From Candidatus Scalinduaceae bacterium (GTDB lineage: Bacteria; Planctomycetota; Brocadiia; Brocadiales; Scalinduaceae): DNA of 64,000 bases. Positions within the stretch are counted from its first letter, which is position 1. Every line of letters starts with the position of its first letter. The notes beneath the pieces are model-generated. The model ran no database searches and was not told the origin of the DNA. It was given only the letters and a program-made list of their open reading frames with translations. Shown here in pieces: positions 49,726 through 59,138 of this stretch. The position numbers were made by a program, and so were the translations under genes. The DNA lies in contig JBHICG010000001.1 in the NCBI GenBank assembly GCA_046759445.1, positions 94,467 to 158,466 of the forward strand, in the 5' to 3' direction.

Positions 49726-50499
49726 CTATCGTTTCAGTTTCAAACTAATTATTCCCCATTCAGACAAGGCACCTGCTACTACGCCAACACATATCAATCC
49801 CATAATTCCAAAAACAATGACATTAAATACACCTCCTGGTTCTTCACTTTCAGCAACCTTCTCTTCACTTACCTTTTCTTCTGCAGGCTTTTCTTCCGGA
49901 ATTAACGAAAGTCCTCTCACATATGCAGCAAGACCCTTAATTCTATCCTCGCTGAAAGTATTCTGCCATGGAGGACACAGATTCGACTTTCCCACTGATG
50001 CAGTCCCACCACTTATAACCCTAACCACATGATCATCACTTAATGTAGCCATGTAATCGGCATCTGTAAGGTTTGTCGGCCCAGGTTCTAGAACACTTGC
50101 AAAGTTTTTACCATCTCCCACTCCTGTTACACCATGGCACGGCCCACAAAAATGCTCATACATTTGTTTAAAAGTAGTCCGTACCCCTTTCTTTTTCATA
50201 TTTTCTTCCGTTAATGAGAATACCAAATCAGTAACCACTCCTGCGCCCGCTTCCTGACCATCATATTCTTCCGCAGACCTTTCTGCAAATTCCTCATCTC
50301 CATATTTTCCAAAATCCACCCCTTCAACAGGACCATAAGGAGTATCAACGATCTTTGCGATTACATACGAAGTACTGCAAATCATACATACTCCTGTAAA
50401 AAACATTGCAAAAAAGAAACGATGCAAGGCAAAAGGTGGAAAAAAATTGAGCAGTGTACACCTTCTGGTATAACTAAAAATAATATTAATTACCTTCAT
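49726..50499 (-). CDS. Monoheme cytochrome c with C-terminal TM
   Basis: CGPCHG..G.GDG; start codon uncertain. Confidence 0.85.
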   Translation of the reverse strand: MKVINIIFSYTRRCTLLNFFPPFALHRFFFAMFFTGVCMICSTSYVIAKIVDTPYGPVEGVDFGKYGDEEFAERSAEEYDGQEAGAGVVTDLVFSLTEENMKKKGVRTTFKQMYEHFCGPCHGVTGVGDGKNFASVLEPGPTNLTDADYMATLSDDHVVRVISGGTASVGKSNLCPPWQNTFSEDRIKGLAAYVRGLSLIPEEKPAEEKVSEEKVAESEEPGGVFNVIVFGIMGLICVGVVAGALSEWGIISLKLKR

Positions 50500-50546
50500 A
50501 ATATTGTACCTAACGTAATTTTAAATTAATAAACTCCTTAACACAT

Positions 50547-52028
50547 TTATTCATGTAGTGTCATAAGAAAATGAGTTAAATCAAGTATCTCTTCGTCCGA
50601 CAGGTCATATTTGGGCTCTACCGCTCCTGGATTAGCACGCTGCGGATCCTGTATATGGAAAAATATAAACCCGGTTTCCAGTCTAGTTCCGGCCTGGTTG
50701 AGGCTTGGTCCCAGCGCACCAGCTTCTTCACCTGCAGTATGACAGGTTTGACAACCTTTTTCAAAGAAGATAGTCCTGCCTTTTTCTATCTGTTCATCCG
50801 TAAGCTCATCTTCATCTATGTCCATAACAGGCACTTCATTACTAATCAGGAATTTTTCAATGAAATTCGCTGCAGCTATGGCATCCTCTTCGCTAAGAGC
50901 AAACCTTGGCATTTGTTTCAGTAAGGGACGTATAGGATTGGGAGACTTGAGAAAATCTATTTCCCATTCCCGCTTAAGCTTGCTGCCCGCACGGGTTAAA
51001 TCCGGCGCAAAGTGTCCACCCGCATCACGCATCCTATGACATGTAAGGCATCTTATTTCGTCAATAAGTTTTGCAAATTCAGCATGTTCACCCGTGGCAA
51101 TAGTTTCCATCTCCATTGGGTCTTCAGTTTCCGGTTGATGTAATAGATTTTTTTCATCAAAACCCTCTATCTTATGGCATAAGAAACACCTGGTTAACTC
51201 TATTACCCTTTTCCCCTCCTCGATAAGGGCTTTATTTCCCCTTAAGGCTTTGTATTCATCCCGGCTTTTCTTGAGTAATTCTTGTTCTCCCGGAAGCACA
51301 TAATCTCCTGCCTCATACTCCTCTCTTGTTATCCCATAATATTCGTGCACTTCAGGTTTGAATTGGTCATCCCTCATTATGAATTCAATAATTTGTCTCA
51401 GTTGTTCATCTGTCAATTTGAATCTGGACATCTGTGTGCCAGAAAAATAACCTTGAGGTTTCTTAATCCAATCAAACAACCAATTTCGGTTGACCTTTAT
51501 CGTGATAGCGCCAAGGTCAGGACCAACTCCAACCGCTCCAAATTCCTTATCAACACGATGGCAGATAATACAACGTGATGAACTAAATATAGACTTACCC
51601 TCAGCAAACAAAGCGTCCATATCATCCCACTCTTCATCCGTCATATCATCCTCACTCTTAAATAAAAAGGGTTCCCAATCTACCTGAGGAAACTCTTCAT
51701 CGGCAATGCTGGCCAGATAAGCGATTATGGCTTCTATTTCCTTCTCCTCTAATCTGAGTATGGGCATTCGAGCCTTTGGATCATGCCCCTTTGGATTATT
51801 AATCCATTTTCGCAGCCAGTCTATATGTACCTTATGGGTAACATTATTGAGTGTGGGACCATTCTTAGGACGATTATGCGGATCCTTAAGCTTAAAGGGA
51901 AGCGGTTCAAGCTTAACCTCATCCCCGAAAGAAGACACCAAGTCTACTGGAATAATAAAGAATGATACCGTCATTACAAAAACGATTAAATATTTAAACC
52001 TATTCATTAATCCAATTTTCATTTTCAT
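50547..52028 (-). CDS. Tetraheme cytochrome c
   Basis: CIICH, CFLCH, CLTCH, CQTCH. Confidence 0.9.
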   Translation of the reverse strand: MKMKIGLMNRFKYLIVFVMTVSFFIIPVDLVSSFGDEVKLEPLPFKLKDPHNRPKNGPTLNNVTHKVHIDWLRKWINNPKGHDPKARMPILRLEEKEIEAIIAYLASIADEEFPQVDWEPFLFKSEDDMTDEEWDDMDALFAEGKSIFSSSRCIICHRVDKEFGAVGVGPDLGAITIKVNRNWLFDWIKKPQGYFSGTQMSRFKLTDEQLRQIIEFIMRDDQFKPEVHEYYGITREEYEAGDYVLPGEQELLKKSRDEYKALRGNKALIEEGKRVIELTRCFLCHKIEGFDEKNLLHQPETEDPMEMETIATGEHAEFAKLIDEIRCLTCHRMRDAGGHFAPDLTRAGSKLKREWEIDFLKSPNPIRPLLKQMPRFALSEEDAIAAANFIEKFLISNEVPVMDIDEDELTDEQIEKGRTIFFEKGCQTCHTAGEEAGALGPSLNQAGTRLETGFIFFHIQDPQRANPGAVEPKYDLSDEEILDLTHFLMTLHE

Positions 52029-52078
52029 ACTCTTGTTTTTTCTTGTTTGTTAAATTAAGTTCTCTTTTAATTTACTCA

Positions 52079-53674
52079 TTATTTGTTGTCGCTACGTTTA
52101 TTACGTAGCCAACCAACAAACCAGAGCTCACCACCCGCAGCTATTATGAGTCCCATAATAGCATATATATAAATGCTAACCGGTGTCGGTGTCTTTAACA
52201 CCACATAGTACCAGGGCGCTAGAGAATGTACAGAACCTATCTCATTATTTGCACCATTCCAGGCCGCAAAGGCAACAGGAATATTCTTGCTCATTGCAAA
52301 CTGCACATCATTGGCTTTATCTTCTGTTATTAAAGATCTTGTAAATACAACCCGCCATCTACCGTCCTTCCAATAACCCTTACCACTTATATCTGTTGTA
52401 GCCTGTGTAACAAGGGGTTTTTTAAACCCCTTTCCATTAATCTCTTTTACGGAAATACCGCCGTCGTATTCCCTAATGTTCTGAAATCCCTCAGCCTGAG
52501 CCTCAGGATTATACTCAGCCTTCCATTTCCAAATATTAACCTTATGAGTCCTGTCACCCATTGCAAAGTGCGGCTTTTCAGCGCCTGGATATTCTTTCAC
52601 AGGAAACTGAATAGAAATAGCATCCCTGTAAATTTCGTCTTGAGCGCCTGTTCGGTCATCCCACTCAACCAGGAAGGCCACACTATCTTCGTTAAACATG
52701 GATCTCAAATTTACAGCGTTTATGGATCGAGTCCATGATCTGGGAGCCACCATTAACTGACCACCCATTTCAATCTCTGTTATTTTCTTAATCTCATCCC
52801 ATCTTGAGTCAAACGGATCAGTGGCTAGATCACCCTCTTCTATCATTTTAGATTCAACCACTATTGAACCACCTCCCTTTGTTACGGGTATCGGGTCACG
52901 ATTCAGTGATTTTACAAAATGTACCAGATGCCATCTATCTTCCTCTGTAATCAGCTCGGCAAAAGACCCCATAGGTGTCCCATTAAGACCTGTAGAGATA
53001 CGATTAAATATATCCTGCGTAGTGTTTCCACCCTTAAACAGCCAGCCCTTAGTCAAATCCCTTGCCCTGAACTGAAACCCCCACTCATTTCTCAGTGTCT
53101 TTGTTATTCGTCCATCACCCCTTCCTTCATCACCATGACACAAAAAACATTTATTTTTTTTGAACAGTTCTTCTCCTTTGGCAATACTTTCTTCGTCAAA
53201 AGGTGGTTCTTCAGGAACGGTTATAGGTTTTCCCGGCCCTTCCTTTTCCCATTTGTCTGAAAAGGTCTTTATGTAGCCGATTACCTGTCTACGTTCCTGT
53301 TCACTTAATAGTGTTTTCCAAAATGGCATAGCCGTACCGAATACGCCATCTGAGACCGTCTTGAAAAGGTTGTCTTCAGTTGGAAGCGTCCCTAACGGTG
53401 TTGTCCGAAATCTGAAATCGGCATTCCTGAAATTCCGAGGTTTAGGATCAAGACGTGGCACAACCGGACCGTCTCCTCCCCCTTTAAGGCCGTGACAATA
53501 ATAGCACCTCTTCTCAAAAATTTCTTTCCCTTTGTCAACATCTTCGTCTGCAACCGCCTGCACAGAGTTTGCCAACGCCATAAATAAAATACAAAAGGAT
53601 TGTAAAATATATTTTTGCATTTTCATGTTCATTCTACACCCGTTTATTAGTTCGATATTAATAAAACCACACAC
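52079..53674 (-). CDS. Diheme cytochrome c plus DMSO-reductase/ethylbenzene dehydrogenase heme b domain, C-terminal TM (module B)
   Basis: CYYCH, CFLCH; EWDD, QFP, W.WKA, AFAAWNG; true start probably near 53632. Confidence 0.88.
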   Translation of the reverse strand: MCGFINIELINGCRMNMKMQKYILQSFCILFMALANSVQAVADEDVDKGKEIFEKRCYYCHGLKGGGDGPVVPRLDPKPRNFRNADFRFRTTPLGTLPTEDNLFKTVSDGVFGTAMPFWKTLLSEQERRQVIGYIKTFSDKWEKEGPGKPITVPEEPPFDEESIAKGEELFKKNKCFLCHGDEGRGDGRITKTLRNEWGFQFRARDLTKGWLFKGGNTTQDIFNRISTGLNGTPMGSFAELITEEDRWHLVHFVKSLNRDPIPVTKGGGSIVVESKMIEEGDLATDPFDSRWDEIKKITEIEMGGQLMVAPRSWTRSINAVNLRSMFNEDSVAFLVEWDDRTGAQDEIYRDAISIQFPVKEYPGAEKPHFAMGDRTHKVNIWKWKAEYNPEAQAEGFQNIREYDGGISVKEINGKGFKKPLVTQATTDISGKGYWKDGRWRVVFTRSLITEDKANDVQFAMSKNIPVAFAAWNGANNEIGSVHSLAPWYYVVLKTPTPVSIYIYAIMGLIIAAGGELWFVGWLRNKRSDNK

Positions 53675-53710
53675 GAAAGCCCATTACCATTCTTTAACTA
53701 AAAGAGGCAG

Positions 53711-53774
53711 AATCCCCCTTAGTCCCCCCACTTCTTGTTTTCGCAAGAAAGCAGTGGTGGGACTAAGGGGGATT
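53711..53774. repeat. Palindromic element AATCCCCCTTAGTCCC...GGGACTAAGGGGGATT
   Basis: 16-bp perfect inverted arms; same family as 12771-12838. Confidence 0.8.
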
Positions 53775-53782
53775 ATCATATT

Positions 53783-54595
53783 TCATTCTTCTTCACCAAG
53801 TTCTTCCGGCACTCGTGGTGATACATCTGCCGTTACATATTCTCCCATTATAATCTTCCAAATCTGCTCTTCTGTAAAATCCGGTTCCCACGGAGGCATT
53901 GTAGAATCCCACGGGGTAGCAGACATTGGTAGACCAGGTCCACCTTTCGTTATACGCCAGACCGGATAATTTTCAACGAGCGTACCAATAGTCCCGGGGT
54001 CTCTGAAGTTAGCGGGTTTCAAACGAAAGGCATCGGCAAATAGACCATTACCATCCGCCTTCGAACCATGACATGGTCTACAATTTTGTTGGAAAAGAAC
54101 CTTTCCTTGCTCAATATGTACCAACTGTTCTTCAGGAGAATCTTTACGATAAGGATTTTCAAGACCCTCAAATTTGCCTGGTAATGTCGGATGCTGAATC
54201 CTTAATTCTGTAGGTGAAGACACCTTAGTAGCTCCTTTTGAATATACAGTCTCCCCTATTAGGAGCGGAATGGCTATTAATATAATAATGCGAAGCACAT
54301 TCTGTGTTGTTGACCTGTTTTGATACAAAAATGCCAGGCAGACTTCTATCCTTTCGTTACTTGTCGTAACCCAGAGAAACGTAAATACACTTGTCAAGAG
54401 CATATACCATAACATCAAGGTTCCCGGTGTAGGTAATACATGATCCTTACCCATCACCCAGGCCCATACAAAAGGAGCCGCAAATTTTAATAACAGATAC
54501 ATAATAATAACTACCAATATAACCCAGGGGAGCAAATATGTTATGCTTATGCTATCTGCCGGCGTTTTATTATCATTTACTTTATTATTATTCAT
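53783..54595 (-). CDS. Membrane-bound monoheme cytochrome c (module B)
   Basis: Three TMs, LRIQHPT, CRPCH. Confidence 0.88.
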   Translation of the reverse strand: MNNNKVNDNKTPADSISITYLLPWVILVVIIMYLLLKFAAPFVWAWVMGKDHVLPTPGTLMLWYMLLTSVFTFLWVTTSNERIEVCLAFLYQNRSTTQNVLRIIILIAIPLLIGETVYSKGATKVSSPTELRIQHPTLPGKFEGLENPYRKDSPEEQLVHIEQGKVLFQQNCRPCHGSKADGNGLFADAFRLKPANFRDPGTIGTLVENYPVWRITKGGPGLPMSATPWDSTMPPWEPDFTEEQIWKIIMGEYVTADVSPRVPEELGEEE

Positions 54596-54632
54596 TGGCT
54601 TCTTACCCCATCAATTTAAGTTACAGAAATCC

Positions 54633-55652
54633 CTATTTTTGGTTAGCAAGGAATGATACAATGTCGTATAATTCTTGAACATTTAGCATTTCGTTAAAAT
54701 TACCAGGCATCATTGAGATTGGATCCTTTTTCCTTTCCATGATTTCATCCTTATAGATTTCCACGATTTCTATCTCACCACCTTCATCCACAGCCATTTC
54801 AACTATCTCCTCATCTTCCTTTTGGACAATTCCACTGTACATCACATAATCTTGATCCATAATAGATGTGGTCTCAAATCCGCCTACAATTACCTCACTG
54901 GGCTTAAGGATAGATTCGACAAAATATTCAGGCCTCTGAACTGCGCCCAAACCTGTAAGTTCAGGTCCAACCTTTCCTCCTTTACCATTTATGGTGTGAC
55001 ATTTAACACAGCTTGCCTCACGTGCCTCATTAAAGAACAGACTCTCACCTGCAACAAGATCCACCGGAAGAGGAGGTTCCCAGGGCTTTTCCTTACTCCC
55101 TTTTGCCTCAGGTATCCTGTCTTTCATTGCTACTACTGCATCTATATCCGCCTCAAGTATCTCATCTCCCCCAAGCGTTTGCAAATATGTGAGTACGGCC
55201 AGGATTTTTTCACGACTGAGAAGAATTGGCGGCTCAAATACCTTTGGCATGATCTTGCCAAAACCCTCCACCACATATGCCTGTGGTTCCACTATTGATT
55301 CAACAAGGTAATCAAGCGACGAATATTTTTTACCTGTTTTCTCCTCTCTCTCTTTTATCCTGGAAGCCATGCTACTGGATTTCCCCGTATGATCAACACC
55401 ACCCATAGCAATTCGCACCATTACATTACCCTGGTTAGGGCATCGGTTAGCGCTACCTTCTCCACCCACACTATGGCATGTACTACACTGACCTTCACCA
55501 AAAAATATATCTTTTCCCGCCTCTGGATTGATACCTGCTGCCGATTCCTTTGCCCCGCCTGTCCCTGATACTGTCGTAACGTAAGAACAGAAACCCATAA
55601 ACGCTCCTATTCCAAGAAGGCCTACAATCAGAACCATTATGTTAGTTTTCAC
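54633..55652 (-). CDS. Membrane-anchored diheme cytochrome c (module B)
   Basis: CSTCH, CVKCH, ESI..P, SMMP. Confidence 0.88.
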   Translation of the reverse strand: MKTNIMVLIVGLLGIGAFMGFCSYVTTVSGTGGAKESAAGINPEAGKDIFFGEGQCSTCHSVGGEGSANRCPNQGNVMVRIAMGGVDHTGKSSSMASRIKEREEKTGKKYSSLDYLVESIVEPQAYVVEGFGKIMPKVFEPPILLSREKILAVLTYLQTLGGDEILEADIDAVVAMKDRIPEAKGSKEKPWEPPLPVDLVAGESLFFNEAREASCVKCHTINGKGGKVGPELTGLGAVQRPEYFVESILKPSEVIVGGFETTSIMDQDYVMYSGIVQKEDEEIVEMAVDEGGEIEIVEIYKDEIMERKKDPISMMPGNFNEMLNVQELYDIVSFLANQK

Positions 55653-55756
55653 TTTAAACGATCCCCCCCTAATTCAACTTCTTTCAACCATCAGGTTATG
55701 AGAAACGTCCGCCTAGTCGGACGGCTACAGTAATATACAATATCAAATCGCTCAAT

Positions 55757-58027
55757 TTAGCTACTATTATTTTCTCTATTTGATTGCTTTCTTGAGGTAC
55801 TATTACTATCTATTATCTCTCCTCCATTGGTAAATGCAGGCTCAGGTACGATCCCAGAAACCTCAGGAACAATCTTCTTTTTCTTATCAGTCAATCCTGC
55901 CAGCCAGAATACAAGGACTACCAGGCTTAAAAATGTGGCAACTATACCCCCATTCATCAACCCCAACGTCCTGACACTGGGTGTAAAGGCAAAGGGAGAG
56001 CTGTCCTGCATGAAACCATATATGTGCCACTCCATGCGAAGCCCCGAACGGATGAACCCCATAACACCTATAAGTATTACAATCGCCACGCACAGAAGTA
56101 CAAGGATATACTGTGCCCTTACCGGTATCTTGCCCCATTTAATTTCGCCAAGTATTTTACTATTTTTGAATAAATAGCCATCTATTACGGCATTCATAGT
56201 CATGCAGCTTAGAACCATGATTACCTGAGTTACCGTAATAAACCTCATCACCAGATTTGCCTTGGACATGACTATAAATCCATAAAAGCCAAGGAATAGT
56301 ACAACCGTGAATACAGTCACACCATAGTTAATATTCTGAGCAAGTAAACCCCTGTTGATAATAGTTAGAAAAGCAGAAACTCCCAAAACTACTGTTTCAA
56401 ATGCAAGCAGGCCAATCAATGGCCATATATAATTCAGTGTATTTGCATCCACATCAGCCCTGGAGAGAGATAGTGCATAGTACCCCATAGTGAGTGCCGC
56501 AAGGACAGCAGTAGAAATAACCACAATCTTAGCACTTCTACCATGGGTAGAGAAATGAGCCCTCTCGCCCTTATTAACACGCCTGTATATCAAAAAAGTG
56601 AAAAAGGTGGCAAGTATAATCAAATTTAACACAGCAACCTTACCCGTCATTACGCCAAAGTATTTTGAGAACGGATGATATGCCTCACCAATAATGGCCC
56701 TTTCTTCACCGCTAAGAGGCAGGTTATGCGGTGTTACAACTATGGCAAAACATATGGCAATGACAGCAAAGACGTATTTCAGCAACCCGTTATAACGCTC
56801 TATGCCAGGCATCCTCTGCATACCCATCCACAGGTAATAATTAGCCATAGTAAAGATTGTGCCCACCATCGTTACCTGGACAACAAACGGCCACGAAAAG
56901 GCGCCACCCATCATCTGGTTTCCCATAACGGCGCTGGCACTGTATACCTCCCTTCCCAGCCAGTACCCGGCAAATGGGAGGGGAATTAATCCTATAATAC
57001 CAACAAAATTACCGGTATAACCCATCCAATCATAATGCCTTTTTTCCTCAGGTGTCTGAGATTTCAAGAATTTTATAGCTGCATACCCACCTACGATAAA
57101 CCCGCCAAATGCAAGATTTCCCAACAAACGATGTACGGCAACGGGTATCCAGAGAGGGTTCCAAACCGCATTATACAGGCTTGTGACAAAACCGGTCTCC
57201 ATATTTATCCCGGAAGGACTCATCATAAATGTGGCCCAGGAATTAGCCGCCAACATGATTACCGTACCAAAGAGATTTAACAATACACACAACGAAATGT
57301 GAATCCATCTCTGTGTGGCAGTGTGAAGTAATCTATCCCACGAATAATACCAGGCATACAGTGTAAATGTCTCACCAAAGAAAAGGAGCGCATAAAAGAA
57401 CATCGTACTATTGAATATCCTTATCATCTCATGCATGAACGCAGGATAAAGGCTTATAAGCGTAAAGGCCAGAAGTCCACCCAGGGCGGCAGTAGTAGCA
57501 AAGGCTGCAGAAAGAAGCTTGGCAAACTCCTTACCTAATTTGTCGTATCTAGCAGCCTCTATCGGGTCATCCTTTGCCTTCTTTAATGCAACAAATTCAA
57601 TCGCCAGGGCAAACATGGGCACTGCAAGAACAAATGCTCCGAACATAAGATGAAGCTCTGCTATAAACCAGATGAGCTTGCGTGAACTCATGCCCATAAA
57701 CGTCCTATACTCTTTCTCCTCAACTTGCGGAGCTTCCTCTACTGCTTCTTCTGCCTCCTCAGCGGCCTCCCCTTCAACAGTTTCAGATGCCCCTTCACCT
57801 TCCGATGCCGCTTCAGCAGTTTCAGATGTTGCAACTGCTTCTGTTGTCTCTTCGGCAGTTTCCTGAGCATACAATGCGTATGATGAACAAAGCGCTATCA
57901 ATACTGCAATAACCGCAGCTAGCATAATTATTTTTACATTAGACATTTTAGATATACACTTTGTTATCCCCTGCATTTGTACTATATTGCCCGAATAATT
58001 TATAAGATTTTTAACCATACGTTCCAT
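55757..58027 (-). CDS. Cytochrome bd subunit I (CydA)-like polytopic protein (module B)
   Basis: ELH, FFGETF, NSW..FMMSP, VHRLLGN, GFIRSGLR..W; many TMs; no cydB in the window. Confidence 0.85.
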   Translation of the reverse strand: MERMVKNLINYSGNIVQMQGITKCISKMSNVKIIMLAAVIAVLIALCSSYALYAQETAEETTEAVATSETAEAASEGEGASETVEGEAAEEAEEAVEEAPQVEEKEYRTFMGMSSRKLIWFIAELHLMFGAFVLAVPMFALAIEFVALKKAKDDPIEAARYDKLGKEFAKLLSAAFATTAALGGLLAFTLISLYPAFMHEMIRIFNSTMFFYALLFFGETFTLYAWYYSWDRLLHTATQRWIHISLCVLLNLFGTVIMLAANSWATFMMSPSGINMETGFVTSLYNAVWNPLWIPVAVHRLLGNLAFGGFIVGGYAAIKFLKSQTPEEKRHYDWMGYTGNFVGIIGLIPLPFAGYWLGREVYSASAVMGNQMMGGAFSWPFVVQVTMVGTIFTMANYYLWMGMQRMPGIERYNGLLKYVFAVIAICFAIVVTPHNLPLSGEERAIIGEAYHPFSKYFGVMTGKVAVLNLIILATFFTFLIYRRVNKGERAHFSTHGRSAKIVVISTAVLAALTMGYYALSLSRADVDANTLNYIWPLIGLLAFETVVLGVSAFLTIINRGLLAQNINYGVTVFTVVLFLGFYGFIVMSKANLVMRFITVTQVIMVLSCMTMNAVIDGYLFKNSKILGEIKWGKIPVRAQYILVLLCVAIVILIGVMGFIRSGLRMEWHIYGFMQDSSPFAFTPSVRTLGLMNGGIVATFLSLVVLVFWLAGLTDKKKKIVPEVSGIVPEPAFTNGGEIIDSNSTSRKQSNRENNSS

Positions 58028-58125
58028 GATAATCCCTCCCCTTTAACCTCTCTATATTCCCAATATAATCTCAGAAATTTTGCAACATAGGATATTAGGG
58101 ATAAAATTTAACTATGCAATTTTTG

Positions 58126-58249
58126 CCTAAATTGAGTGATTTATGTAGCGTGATTTAAAAAGATTTTTAATCAACCTATCAGATAATAATAAACGCAGTC
58201 TAAAGCCTTCGGCTACAAAAATTTCGTCAAATAAATCACTCAATTTAGG
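58126..58249. mobile_element. MITE/REPIN-like element, CCTAAATTGAG family
   Basis: 19-bp perfect TIR CCTAAATTGAGTGATTTAT/ATAAATCACTCAATTTAGG. Confidence 0.75.
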
Positions 58250-58299
58250 TTTTATTAATTGCGTTATTTTAATTTAAATTCTTTTTAAAGTCAACCTCT

Positions 58300-59094
58300 T
58301 CACTTCTTTTTCTTTTTCTTTTTCTTTTTCTTCCTTTTTTTCTTCTTTTTTAGTTCAAAATCTACTTGTGTATCCGCATTTGCATTTATAGTAACATCTT
58401 TTTTTATGCGCCTTCCCAGGGCCTCTTGCCATGCTGAAACCTTGTATGTGCCTGGTGGAATATCTTCAATCTTGAAATTTCCATTCTCGTCAGTTACTGC
58501 GTTATACGGGCTATCCTTTACAACAATCCATGCCAACATCCATTTGTGCACGTCACATGTCATTTTAACCAGACCCGGTTTTTTAAGGGGCACAGAAAAT
58601 GTGCCTCCAAATGGCACTCCCTTATTAAAAGGGCGATTGCTATTTGACGGCATCGTATATGAGTGGAGATTATGCATAACCTTGTCAACCTTATTAGGGA
58701 ATGATACGGTAGCGCCCGCAGGAACAGCCATTACGTGTGGCTCAAACCAGCATTTTCTTTGACCCATATTATAACCTTCGGCAGGGGGCTCAGCTTTTTT
58801 ACCTTTCTCAATACCCTCAATAGAGACCACTACATACCTTATTCCCTTATTTTCAGCATTGATAACATATTTCTCAGAATGCTTAGGCTCCGCACCGCAC
58901 ACCTCTTTATCTTTATCTACAGTAATGGTTTTCACCTTGGGAATCTTCTCGCCAACAAATTTTACAGTACCCGATATCGATCCTCCATCCTTTACGTCTA
59001 TCTCTTCATATCCGTATACATAACCTTTAAATCCAATAACTAAACTTATAATAAAAATAACTGCTAACGGCTTCATTATAAATATGTTTTTCAT
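58300..59094 (-). CDS. Exported cupredoxin-like / carboxypeptidase-regulatory-like protein with poly-Lys tail
   Basis: HNLH and CDVHKWM candidate type-1 Cu ligands; TDENGNFKI..IPPGTY. Confidence 0.8.
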   Translation of the reverse strand: MKNIFIMKPLAVIFIISLVIGFKGYVYGYEEIDVKDGGSISGTVKFVGEKIPKVKTITVDKDKEVCGAEPKHSEKYVINAENKGIRYVVVSIEGIEKGKKAEPPAEGYNMGQRKCWFEPHVMAVPAGATVSFPNKVDKVMHNLHSYTMPSNSNRPFNKGVPFGGTFSVPLKKPGLVKMTCDVHKWMLAWIVVKDSPYNAVTDENGNFKIEDIPPGTYKVSAWQEALGRRIKKDVTINANADTQVDFELKKKKKRKKKKKKKKKK

Positions 59095-59138
59095 TATACA
59101 TATCTCCTTAATTTTTATATGTTTACTTCATTAATTTC

